From contig NZ_JAGSOG010000033.1 of the NCBI RefSeq assembly GCF_018139695.1, forward strand, positions 1-32,000: DNA of 32,000 bases, in the 5' to 3' direction. The notes under the pieces are model-generated. The model searched no databases. It was not told where the DNA came from and saw only the letters and a list, made by a program, of their open reading frames with translations. Both the position numbers and the translations under genes were made by a program. Below, piece after piece: positions 1 through 10,400 of this stretch; position 1 is the first letter of the stretch; each line of letters begins with the position of its first letter. This stretch comes from Actinospica durhamensis (lineage in GTDB: Bacteria > Actinomycetota > Actinomycetes > Streptomycetales > Catenulisporaceae).

Positions 1-7
1 GAACGGA

Positions 8-202
8 TCAGCGACAGAGGGCGCTGGCCCGGCGGGCCAGATCCACGTCCAGACGGGAGACGAGCAGCGGCAGGCGGGGGACGGCGGTGGCGGGGTGTAC
101 GCGCTGCACGGCGCCGGGTCTCCCTCCGCGGTAAGTAAAGGAACTCTGCTCGTGCCGGGGGAGGGCCTCCCACGGCCGGGGCTTCTCCTGGTCACCCCGC
201 AC
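8..202 (-). CDS. hypothetical small protein (64 aa), family not recognised
   Basis: By my codon count, 54 of the 64 sense codons end in G/C. It is co-directional with and downstream of the sulfurtransferase gene. No motif recognised, so it could be a gene remnant. Confidence 0.3.
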   Translation of the reverse strand: MRGDQEKPRPWEALPRHEQSSFTYRGGRPGAVQRVHPATAVPRLPLLVSRLDVDLARRASALCR

Positions 203-365
203 ACGGCGGTGAAGGGTCGCCGACCGGCAAACCAGGGTTCTGCGCCGGTGCTCGTTGCCTGAGCGCCAGGATAAGAGAGCCCGCTCGGGCCGTCAACGAT
301 CAGGTGCGGCTGCCGCCGGAGCCGAGGCCGCGGTGGTCATGGTCTCGGCTCGGGCGGGGAGCAGG

Positions 366-1253
366 TCAGAGGGTTGCCTCACCCGCGGCGGGCGACGGGG
401 TGCGGCCGGGGCCGGTCTCCACCTGGCGGGTCTCGTCGCGGCCGTAGGCGGACCAGCCGCCGACGTACAGTCGGCCGCGGCCCAGGCCGGTGTGTTCCAG
501 GGTCAGCAGGTTGTGGCAGGCCGTCACTCCCGAGCCGCAGTAGGAGATGACCTGCGACGCGGTGGTGCGGTCCACGCCCGCGGCGTCGAAGTGGTCCCGG
601 ATCGTCTGCGCGGGCAGCAGGCGGCCGCGGGGATCCAGGTTCTCGCGGCAGGGGACGTTCACCGCGCCGGGTACGTGTCCGGGCCGGGGATCGACAGGGT
701 CCTGCTGTCCGATGAAACGGTCGCGGTTGCGCGCGTCGAGCGTGAGCGCGGCCGGCCCGGTCAACTCGTCGGCGTCCGCGAGGACCTCGGCCGGCCAGGG
801 GCGCACCGAGAAGTCGCCGCTGTCTGCTTCCGGCTCCGCCGCGCTCAGCGAGTCGGGGTGCGCTTCCAGGTAGGCGTCGAGACCGCCGTCCAGGATCGCG
901 GCGCGGCGGCCGGTGGTACGCAGCATCCAGACCAGCCGGGCCGCGATGACCCCGCCCTGGTCGTCATAGGCCACGACGATGTCGTCGTCGCCGATCCCCA
1001 GCGTCCGCATGCCCTCGGCGAACACCTCGGGCGCGGGCAGCGGGTTTCGGCCGGCCTCCGCCGTGGCCGGTCCGGTCAGCCACGCGTCCAAGTCCACGAA
1101 GACCGCGCCGGGCAGGTGCCCGCCCTCGTAGGCGGCTCGGCCGGAGCGGCCGTCCAGGTACCACCGCACGTCCGCCAGTACCAGGCGGCGGCCCCGCAGG
1201 TCATCGAGCTCTTCGACCCGCACGAACGGCGGGATGTCCGTAGGTTCAGTCAT
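366..1253 (-). CDS. sseA: two-domain rhodanese sulfurtransferase, 3-mercaptopyruvate sulfurtransferase-like
   Basis: At 295 aa it has the size of tandem rhodanese domains. The active-site loop is YCGSGVTACH; CG(S/T)GVTA is the MST-type signature, whereas thiosulfate sulfurtransferases have CRKGVTA. An N-terminal GHLPGAVFVD rhodanese motif is present. Confidence 0.85.
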   Translation of the reverse strand: MTEPTDIPPFVRVEELDDLRGRRLVLADVRWYLDGRSGRAAYEGGHLPGAVFVDLDAWLTGPATAEAGRNPLPAPEVFAEGMRTLGIGDDDIVVAYDDQGGVIAARLVWMLRTTGRRAAILDGGLDAYLEAHPDSLSAAEPEADSGDFSVRPWPAEVLADADELTGPAALTLDARNRDRFIGQQDPVDPRPGHVPGAVNVPCRENLDPRGRLLPAQTIRDHFDAAGVDRTTASQVISYCGSGVTACHNLLTLEHTGLGRGRLYVGGWSAYGRDETRQVETGPGRTPSPAAGEATL

Positions 1254-1259
1254 GACTCG

Positions 1260-1265
1260 AATCTA
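1260..1265 (-). promoter_or_regulatory. candidate -10 hexamer (TAGATT on minus strand) for a leaderless sulfurtransferase mRNA
   Basis: TAGATT sits 6 nt upstream of the ATG (1253-1251), with no Shine-Dalgarno sequence between them. This TANNNT-plus-6-7-nt geometry is typical of actinobacterial leaderless transcripts. The -35 (TTCTTC) is poor. Confidence 0.3.
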
Positions 1266-1319
1266 GCCAACGTCCACAATGTGAAGAAAAACGTCTCGTA
1301 TAATGGATGGTCCGGCGTG

Positions 1320-1757
1320 CTACTGGGAGGTGGTGTGCGTGGGCCTGAGGTAGATGCGCACGCGCACGGGCGCGTCGCCCACCGGCCCGTCCATCGGGAG
1401 TCCGTAGCGCTTGGCCAGCACGTCGAAGAACTCTCCGGCCGTGTCGGGCTCGATCCGCTCGACGCTCCCGCGCACTTCCAGGTAGCGGTACGGCGCGTCC
1501 GGATCGTTGATGGAGACCGCGGCGTGGGGTCGGGCCACCAGCTCCTTGTACTTCGCGCGCGTGGTCGAGGTGGTGAAGGAGAGGTGTTCGCCGTCCCAGA
1601 GGAACCACATGGGGTTCACGTGCGGCGTACCGTCGGACCGCAAGGTCGCCAGGTGGCAGAACAGCGGCCGTTCGAGCAGGTCGGCGTGGCTGGCAGGAAT
1701 CACGGACACGATGTCTCCCGAAGAGGGGCGGGGGGCTTGGGAAACCGAGTCCACCAT
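1320..1757 (-). CDS. PPOX-class (pyridoxamine 5'-phosphate oxidase-like) probable F420-dependent oxidoreductase
   Basis: 145 aa. The pattern LATLRSDGTPHVNPMWFLWDGEHLSFTTSTTRAKYKEL...RYLEVRGSVE matches the split-barrel PPOX/F420 family layout. Confidence 0.7.
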   Translation of the reverse strand: MVDSVSQAPRPSSGDIVSVIPASHADLLERPLFCHLATLRSDGTPHVNPMWFLWDGEHLSFTTSTTRAKYKELVARPHAAVSINDPDAPYRYLEVRGSVERIEPDTAGEFFDVLAKRYGLPMDGPVGDAPVRVRIYLRPTHTTSQ

Positions 1758-1857
1758 GTCCGGAAGCCGGCGGCCAGACCCGTTCCGGAATCGCAGCGAT
1801 CAGCGAACGAGATCGCGGGTGCGTCGACGTCGGCCGCGTGTCAGGCCACTCGACGCG

Positions 1858-3042
1858 TCAGGCCACTTCGACGATCAGCGCGTCGCCCTGGCCGCCGCCC
1901 CCGCACAGGGCCGCGGCCCCGATCCCGCCGCCGCGGTGGCGCAGGGCATTGATCAGCGTCACGGTGATGCGCGCTCCGGTGCAGCCGAGCGGGTGGCCCA
2001 ACGCGACGGCGCCGCCGTTGACGTTGACGGCGTCCTCGGAGATGCCGAGGTCGTCGACGCCGGCCATGGCGACCGATGCGAACGCCTCGTTGAGTTCGTA
2101 GAGGTCGAAGCTCGACGGGTCGAGCCCGATCTTGGCCGCGGCCTTGCGGATGGCGTTGGACGGCTGCGGCAGCAGCGACAGCGGTCCGGCGGTGGCGCCC
2201 CAGGACTTGACGGTGGCCAGCACCGGAAGACCCAGCTCCCGCGCCTTGCCGGTCGAGGTGAGCACGAGCGCGCAGGCGCCGTCGGAGATCGGTGACGCGT
2301 TGCCGGCGGTGATGGTCCCCTCGCTCGAGAACGCCGGCTTGAGCCGGGCGAGCGCCTCCACGTCGGTGTCCGCACGAATCCCCTCGTCCTGGCGCACCAC
2401 CACCGGCTCGCCCTTGCGCTGCGGGACCTCGACGGGGACCACCTCGTCCTCGAACGCGCCGTTCTTCCACGCGGACGCGGCGCGCGCGTGGGACCGGGCC
2501 GCCCACTCGTCCTGGCGTTCGCGCGCATAGGCGTGCGAGGCCGCCTGGTACTCGTCCGTCGTCAGGCCCATCAGCTTGTGGTCGAAGGGACAGGTCAAGC
2601 CGTCGAACGTCATGCTGTCCTTGAGGCTGCCGTCGCCCATCCGATACCCGAAGCGCGCCTTGTCGAGCACGTAAGGGGCGTTCGACATCGACTCCATCCC
2701 GCCGGCGACGACGATGTCGTACTCGCCCAGCGCGATCAGCGAGGCCGCGCGGGCGATCGCGGTCATCCCGGACAGACAGACCTTGTTGATGCCCTCCGCG
2801 GGGACGCTGAGCGGTATGCCGGCGCTGAACGCGGCCTGACGCGCCGTGGCCTGGCCCAGTCCCGCCGGGAGCGCATGCCCGATCACCGCGTACTCGACCA
2901 GTTCGCGCGGCACGCCGCCGCGGTCGAGGGCGGCTCCGATGGCCCTGCCGCCGAGCTCGGTGGCGGCGAGGGAGGAGAGTCCTCCGCCGAACCTGGCCAG
3001 GGGGAGGCGTGCGTATCCGACGACGGCGGCGGAATGGAACAT
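1858..3042 (-). CDS. acetyl-CoA C-acetyltransferase (thiolase II)
   Basis: Thiolase motifs are present: NKVCLSGMTAI (acyl-Cys), GGMESMS, NVNGGAVALGHPLGCTGARI (His/Cys pair). I place the start at the internal ATG at 3042 (MFHSAAVVGY...) because AAGGAG lies 6 nt upstream. The track start at 3105 adds 21 non-conserved residues. Confidence 0.9.
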   Translation of the reverse strand: MFHSAAVVGYARLPLARFGGGLSSLAATELGGRAIGAALDRGGVPRELVEYAVIGHALPAGLGQATARQAAFSAGIPLSVPAEGINKVCLSGMTAIARAASLIALGEYDIVVAGGMESMSNAPYVLDKARFGYRMGDGSLKDSMTFDGLTCPFDHKLMGLTTDEYQAASHAYARERQDEWAARSHARAASAWKNGAFEDEVVPVEVPQRKGEPVVVRQDEGIRADTDVEALARLKPAFSSEGTITAGNASPISDGACALVLTSTGKARELGLPVLATVKSWGATAGPLSLLPQPSNAIRKAAAKIGLDPSSFDLYELNEAFASVAMAGVDDLGISEDAVNVNGGAVALGHPLGCTGARITVTLINALRHRGGGIGAAALCGGGGQGDALIVEVA

Positions 3043-3408
3043 GGTCGGCTCCTTGCGGGGGTGAAACGGCGCTCGTATCTTTGAAACGTATTTGGAACAC
3101 GGCAACGACGCAACGGCGTACCCCTGTGGTGCCTCACGTGATCAGCCCCAAGGCGAACGGGGCCCGGGCACTCGCGTGAATTCGGGTCGAACAGTGGGTT
3201 CGTGCATTGCTTCGTCATCAACGGTCTGTTTTCATTCTGCGAAATAGGCACGCGCCCGAAGTGGCGGACGGTGCGCCAGTCCGGCACCGGGCCGGAACCG
3301 CAGTCGCGAAACCGGCCGCGCTGCTCCTGCTGCCTGGCATACAGCCAGGTCAGCTGGCTTACCGCAGCGTTCCGGCGTCGAGTCGGAGCCTCGCTGCGGT
3401 CTTGCACG

Positions 3409-3437
3409 TTGACACGTGGTCGGGTGCGCCATAGCTT
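3409..3437 (+). promoter_or_regulatory. candidate sigma70-type promoter of the NRPS-PKS operon (TTGACA-N17-TAGCTT)
   Basis: TTGACA at 3409-3414, a 17-nt spacer, then TAGCTT at 3432-3437. The inverted repeat CACGT-TGAC-ACGTG (3405-3418) overlaps the -35. It lies in a 500-bp region of visibly lower GC between divergent genes. Confidence 0.4.
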
Positions 3438-3556
3438 GGTTCGAAGCAGTGCTCTGGGATGATCGACAGGCTGCGCGTGCGGGGGTCTCGGATACGAGAA
3501 GTGCGTCTGACGCGGCTACGAGTTCGGATCAAACTATCTCGCATGGGAGAACAGCT

Positions 3557-4400
3557 TTGCCTGCTCTGAACTTCATCCTGATCGGTGACACGGGGGCCCT
3601 CGCTCGCTGCGGCGAAATCCTCATGGAGAAAGGCCACCGGATCCGGGTGGTGATATCCGGCGACGCCGAGGTCCGCTCCTGGGCGGTCAAGGCCGGAATC
3701 CCCAGTTGTGAACTCGATGACGCGCTCGTCCTCGCGCCGCGGCTCGAGTGCGATCTACTGCTGAGCGTCGGCAATCACGCCATCGTGCCCGCCGCGCTGC
3801 TGGCCTGCGCGAAGCGCATGAGCGTCAACTACCACTACGGCCCGCTGCCCGAGTACGCGGGCCTGAACGCGCCGTCCTGGGCCGTCGCCCACCGCGAGCG
3901 CGAGTACGCCGTGACCTGGCACCGGATCGGCGAACTGGTCGACGGCGGCGACATCCTCAAGCGGATACCGGTGGCGGTCGAGCCCGGTGAGACCGCGTTG
4001 TCGCTGGGCCTGAAGTGTGACGAGGCGGCAGTCGGCAGTCTGGCCGCGCTGATCGACGAGATCGCCGAGGACCGCGTCACCGGCGTCTCCCAGGACCTGG
4101 CCGCACGCCGCTACTTCTCCCGGCACACCCAGCTCCCGGCCGAGGGCCTGATCGACTGGACGATCGGGGCCGACGACATCGTCGCGTTGGTCCGCGCCAC
4201 CGACCACGGGCCGTTCGACAGCCCGCTCGTGTGGCCCAAGGTGGACCTCAACGGGCACATCCTCGCCGTCCGCGCGGCGCACCCCGGCGCAGCCTCCCCC
4301 GGTACCTCGGCCGGGGAGGTCCTCGCATGTGACGACGCGTCCGGCCTGCAGGTGGCCACGGCCTCCGGCACCGTGCACCTGACCCGGCTGTGCACGCTGG
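3557..4400 (+). other. formyltransferase (F) domain, FMT-like N- and C-subdomains (approximate bounds)
   Basis: NFILIGDTGALA is followed by SVNYHYGPLPEYAG, the counterpart of the NxHxSLLPxxRG motif with Asn and His retained. ELVDGGDIL carries the catalytic Asp. LIDWTIGADDIVALVRATDHGP and GEVLACDDASGLQVATASGTVHLTRL match an FMT C-terminal barrel. Confidence 0.8.
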
Positions 4401-7400
4401 AGGGCGCGCCCGTCGCCGTCAGTGCACTGACGACGGGCATGTCGGTGCGGCCGGGACTGATCCTCGCGGCGCCCGGCGACGCGCTGCGCACCGCCATCAC
4501 CGAGGCCGGGACCGCGGCGTCGAAGGCCGCCGGCTACTGGCGCGAGCGCCTGGCCGGCGACGCCCACCCGTTCCGCCTTCCGTTCACGCCGCCGGTCTCC
4601 TCCGGCGCGCAGCAGCGCGTCACCGCGCGGTATCGGATACCCGGCGGAGTCCCAGCTCTCCTCGGCGCGCTCGGCACCTTCCTCGGCCGGGCGAGCATGA
4701 CCGAGAACCTCGTGCTCGCGGTCGCGGCGCCCCGCGACGGAGTCGATGCCGCATACCGGGACCTGTTCGCCGCCTGGCTGCCCCTGCGTGCCGCGTTCGA
4801 CCCCGCCCGCACGGTGGCCGAGAACCTCCAGGCGGTCGCCGAGGAATTCCGCCTCGGCCAGGAGAAGGCATGGCTGCGCCGCGACTTCATCGGGCGCGAC
4901 GCGACGCTCCGGAACCTTTGGGAATCCGGCGATCTGACCCCCGATGTGGCTGTTTCGTGGCCCGGCGCGACCGCGGGCGCGTCCACGTCCGCTGAAGGTA
5001 CCGGCGCACTCGGCCCCGCCCTGGAACTGGCCCTGCGCGAGGACGGGGAGACGGTCGAATTCCTCTTCGACGCCCAGCGCATCGCCCGCCAGGACGTCGT
5101 GCGACTCGCCGGGCAGCTGAGCGACTGGTGCGACCGGCTGCCCGCGCTGGTGGAGGAACCGCTGGCGTCCGTCGACGTTCTCGCCGGGCCGGAGCGCATG
5201 TCGCTGATCGACGCGTTCAACGCCACCGGTGACGACGCGGCTCTGGGGCACCGTCTGCACGAACTGTTCGAGCAGGCAGCCGAGAGCCACGCCGGCGACG
5301 TCGCCGTGATATGCGCCGAGACGCAGCTCACGTATCGGGAGCTCAACGCCGATGCGAACCGCGTCGCGCACGCATTGATCGCGCGCGGAATCGGGCGCGG
5401 CGACTTGGTCGGCCTCGCGCTGGACCGTTCCCTCGACCTCGTCGTGTCGCTGCTGGCCGTGCTGAAGACGGGTGCGGCCTATGTGCCGATCGACCCGGCG
5501 TTCCCGGCCGGACGCATCCGCCAGATGGTGGACAGCGCCGACCCCAAGGTCATCCTCACGCCGGCCGTGACACCGGTGAACCTCGCGTTCTGGGCGGCGC
5601 TCTGCCTGCCGATCGATGACGCGCGGACGCAGGCGGAAGCCGGCACGGACAACCCCGGCGTGCAGGTGGATGCCGACGACCTCGCGTACGTCATCTATAC
5701 GTCCGGTTCGACGGGTGCGCCCAAGGGTGTGGAGATCAGCCACGGCGCGCTGTGCAACTTCCTGCTGTCCATGCGGCGGCAGCCGGGCTGCGCCGAGACG
5801 GACCGGCTGCTCGCCGTCACCACCATCTCCTTCGACATCGCGGCCCTGGAGCTGTTCCTGCCGCTCTTGTCGGGCGCCACGGTGGTCATCGCCCAGGCTC
5901 ACGAGACGATCGACGCCGGCGCGCTGCTCGCCCTGATGCGACGTCACGCGCTCACCATGATGCAGGGCACGCCCGCCACCTGGCAGCTGCTGCTCGACTC
6001 GGGCTGGCACGGCGACCCGCGCTTGGCCACGATCCTGTGCGGCGGCGAGGCGTTGCCGCGTCAGCTGGCCGATCGGCTGCTCGACTGCGGCGACGCCGTG
6101 TGGAACATGTACGGCCCGACGGAGACCACTGTTTGGTCCAGCGTCTGGCACGTGGCGGACGGCGACGTCGTCATCGGCACCCCGATCGCCAACACCCAGC
6201 TCTACGTCCTCGACGCGAACCTGATGCCGGTGCCGGCGGGCTTCCCGGGTGAATTGTGCATCGGCGGCGCCGGTGTGGCGCGCGGCTACCACGGCGACGC
6301 CGAGCAGACCGGGTCCCGGTTCGTCGCCAACCCGTTCCACCCCGGCTCCCTCTACCGCACCGGAGACGTGGCCCGCTTCGTCGCACCGGACGCGCTGAGC
6401 GTGCTCGGTCGCAACGACGGCCAGGTCAAGCTGCGCGGCCACCGCATCGAGCTGGGCGACATCGAGGCGGCGCTGGCCAGCCACGAGGAGATCGCGCGTG
6501 CGGTCGTCATCGGCCGCGACGAGCAGCTGGTCGCCTACTGCGTCCGCGGCGGCGCGCCCTCCGCCGTGCCGGACGAACCGGCGCAGCGCGCGGCACCGGC
6601 CGAGTGGGCCGGCGCCTGGGACCGCGCGTACGAGTCAGAGGCCGACGACGCCGCGTTCAACCTGGCCGGCTGGCACAACAGCTACGACGGCCTGCCGTTC
6701 TCGGCCGCCGAGATGCGCGAGTGGCAGCGCGGCTCGGTCAACCGCATCCTGTCCTACGCGCCGCGCAACGTGTTCGAGATCGGCTCCGGCAGCGGTCTGA
6801 TGATGTTCGGTATCGCGCCGCACTGCGCGGCCTACCACGCCGTCGACGCCTCCGCGCGCGCGGTGGACTCCACCCGGCAGCACCTGGGGTCGCTGCCGCA
6901 CGTCACCTGTGAGCACCGCCCGGCGCACGACCTGCCCGACGTGGCCGAGGGCGCCTTCGACACCGTGATCGTCAACTCGGTGGCCCAGTACTTCCCGAAC
7001 GCCGCGTACCTGACCTCGGTGCTGGCGTGGGCGACCAGGGCGGTGACCGAGGGACGGGTGTTCCTCGGCGACATCCGCGACCTGTCGCTGCTGCGGATGT
7101 TCCACGCCGACGTGATCGACTTCCGCGCGGGCGGCGACATCGAGCCCGACGAACTGGCCCGCCGCGCGGACCAGGCCGTCGCGGCCGAGCGCGAGCTGAC
7201 GCTGGCACCCGCGTACTTCGCCGAGCTGCCCTCGGTGTTCCCGCAGATCACCCGGGTCGAGATCGCCCTGCGCGACGGCCACCACATCAATGAGATGACC
7301 CGTTATCGCTACGATGTGACACTCCATATAGGCGGCAGCGCGGACGTCGCGACATCCGGTGCCGAGCACAGCTGGCCGACACGGCAGCTCGATCTCGCCG

Positions 7401-10400
7401 CGCTGCGCGACCTCGTGGCGGCCGAAGCCGACGGCGGGCCGCTGCGCATCGACGACATCCCCAACGGACGACTCGGCGACGTGCACAGCCGGGTCGCCGC
7501 GGCCCTCGGTCACCCGGCCGAACCGCCGGCGTCCTGGGTGGACCCGCGGGATCTGACCGCCCTGGCCGACGAGGCGGGCGTGAGGCTCGCGCTTGTGCCC
7601 GCGAGCTCCGGCGACCCGTGGGCCTTCGACGCCCTGTTCTGGCAGCCCGGTCAGACGCCGGACCTGAGCCCGCGTCAGAGCGCCACCGCCGTCGACCGCG
7701 CCGCGCCGCATCAGCCCGCGTACACGAACGTGCCCGCGGTGGGGGAGCAGGCCAGGACCCCGCTCGGGCGGGTGCTGCGGCCGTGGCTGGCCGAACGGCT
7801 GCCCGCGTACATGGTCCCGGCGTTCTTCGTCGAGCTGGATCAGTTCCCGCTCACGCCCAACGGCAAGATCGACCGCGCGGCGCTGCCGGATCCGGTGGCC
7901 GAGTTCGAGGCGACGGCCAAGCCGGCCACCGAGCTCGAGCGCGACATCCTGGCCGTGTGGTCCGAGGTTCTGGGCCACGACCACATCGGCGTCAACCAGA
8001 ACTTCTTCGAGATCGGCGGCAACTCCCTGCGCGTCGTGCGCGTGCAGACCCAGCTGGAGAAGCTGCTGGGCCGGCCGGTCTCCGCGGCCAAGCTGTTCGA
8101 GCACTTCACCGTCAAGGCCCTCGCGGCGCACCTGGCCGGCGCCGCGACCACCCGCAAGGCTCCGATCCCGGCCCGTCGGCGCTCTGTCGACGAACCCATC
8201 GCCATCGTGGGCATGGCCTGCCGGCTGCCCGGCGAGGTGACCAGCCCGGAGGAGTTCTGGGAGCTGCTCGAACGCGGCGTCGACGGGATCGTGGAGGTTC
8301 CGCCGGACCGGTGGGACGCCGCGGCCATCTACGACCCCGACCCGGAGGCGCGCGGCAAGTCCATCTCCAGCCGTGGCGGCTTCGTCACCCCCATCGACCT
8401 GTTCGACGCCCCCTTCTTCGGCATCTCCCCGCGCGAGGCCAGGGCGATGGATCCGCTCCAGCGCCTGATGCTGGAGACCACGTGGGAGGCGTTCGAGCGG
8501 GCCGGGTACACCTTGGAGGAGCTGCGCGGCAGCCAGACCGGCGCGTTCGTCGGCGTCGGCAAGAGCGCGGGGTACCGCGAGTACGGCATCACCACGGGCG
8601 GCAGCATCGCCGACCTGGACGGGTACGTGGGCCCCGGCTCGGCCGGCGCCACCGCCTCGGGCCGGCTCTCGCACGTGTTCGGCCTCGAAGGCCCCACCAT
8701 GACCGTGGACACGGCCTGCTCCTCGTCCCTGGTGACCACCCACCTGGCCGCCAACGCGCTGCGCAACGGCGAATGCGACCTGGCCGTGTCCGGTGGCGCG
8801 ACCCTGATGCTCACCTCCAACATGCACGTGGAGTTCAGCCGTCTGCGCGGCATGTCGCCGGACGGGCTGTGCCGGTCCTTCTCCGCCGACAACGACGGCA
8901 CCGGATGGAGCGAGGGCGTCGCCGTCGTCATCCTCAAGCGGCTGTCCGACGCGCAGCGCGACGGCGATCCCGTCCTGGCCGTGCTGCGCGGCACCGCGGT
9001 CAACCACGACGGCCACGCCGCCAGCCTGACCACGCCCAGCGGACCCGCCCAGCAGCAGGTCATCCGCGCGGCCCTCGGCGCTTCGGGCCTGCAGCCGGAG
9101 GACATCGACTACCTGGAGGCGCACGGCACCGCCACCCGGCTCGGCGACCCCATCGAGGGCACCGCCCTCGGCGAGGTCTTCGGCGGCAGCCACCCCGCCG
9201 AGCCGCTGTGGGTCGGCTCGGTCAAGTCCAACCTCGGCCACACGCAGGCGGCCGCGGGCCTGGCCGGCGTGATGAAGATCGTGCTCGGCCTGCAGCACCA
9301 CCTGATCCCGCGCACCCTGCACGTCTCCGAGCCCTCACCCGCGGTGGACTGGGCGGGCGCGAACATGGCCCTGGTCCAGCAGGCTCAGCCGTGGCCGCCG
9401 AAGGACCGGCCGCGCCGCGGCGGGGTCAGCTCTTTCGGCATCGGCGGCACCAACGCGCACATCATCGTGGAGGAGCCGCCCGCCCCCGTCGAAGCGGACA
9501 AGCCCGCGGCGCCGCTGCCGCCGACCCTGCCCTTCCTCGTCTCCGGCTTCACCGACACCGCCCTGCGCCAGCAGGCGGAGGCGCTGCACCAGCACCTGGG
9601 CATGAACATCCAGGACCGCCTCGTCGACGTGGCGTACTCGCTGGCCGCGACGCGCAGCCACTTCCGCAAGCGGCTCGTGCTGATGGCCAGGGACAAGGCC
9701 GACCTGCTGGACAAGCTCGGCTCCTACGCCCGCAGCGGCGAGGTCCCGGCCGACGCCGTGCGCACCGGGGACCGCAGCGAGGATCCGCGACTCGCGCTGC
9801 TGTTCACCGGCCAGGGCAGCCAGTGGTCGGGCATGGGCAAGGACGTGTACGCGACCTACCCGGTGTTCCGCGCGGCGGTGGACGAGATCGCCGCCCACTT
9901 CACCGAGCTGGACCGGCCGCTGCTCGACGTCATGTGGGCCGACGACAGCGAGGACGCCGCGCTGCTGCACCGCACCGACTTCACCCAGCCGGCCCTGTTC
10001 ACCCTCGAGGTGGCGCTGTGGCGGCTGTGGCACAGCTGGGGCGTGCGGCCGGACCTGTTGGCGGGTCACAGCATCGGCGAGCTCGCGGCCGCCCACGTCG
10101 CAGGGGTCTTCGACCTGGCCGACGCCTGCCGCCTGGTGGGCGCCCGCGGCCGGTTGATGCAGGCGCTGCCCAGCCGTGGCGCGATGGCGTCGCTGGAGGC
10201 CACCGGCCCCGAAGCCGAAGCCGCGCTGGAGGAGCTGGGCCTGGCCGGCAAGGTCGACCTGGCCGGCCTCAACACGCCGACCCAGACCGTCGTCTCCGGC
10301 GACGCCGACGCCGTGCAGGCCCTGGTCGCGCACTTCGCCGCGCACGACCGCCGGGTCAAGGAACTGACCGTCTCGCACGCGTTCCACTCGCACCACATGG

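Noticed and set aside
1299-1304. Perfect TATAAT on the plus strand between the rhodanese and PPOX genes
   Set aside because: There is no plus-strand gene downstream, since both neighbours are on the minus strand. It is probably just part of the AT-richer intergenic spacer.
255-3100. ORFs at 255-1952 (+), 1507-2295 (+) and 1841-3100 (-)
   Set aside because: These are alternative-frame or antisense shadows of the rhodanese, PPOX and thiolase genes, with low-complexity sequence.
3416-3556. Track-proposed GTG start of the megasynthase at 3416
   Set aside because: It lies within the candidate promoter spacer. The first 47 codons have only about 50% G/C at position 3 and no similarity to formyltransferase N-termini. 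TTG 3557 with a GGGAGA RBS fits better.
3459-3569. 36-codon uORF in the megasynthase leader as a real leader peptide
   Set aside because: It has no convincing RBS, only about 61% G/C at position 3 and several codons rare in this genome. It is kept only as a caveat in the start-site finding.
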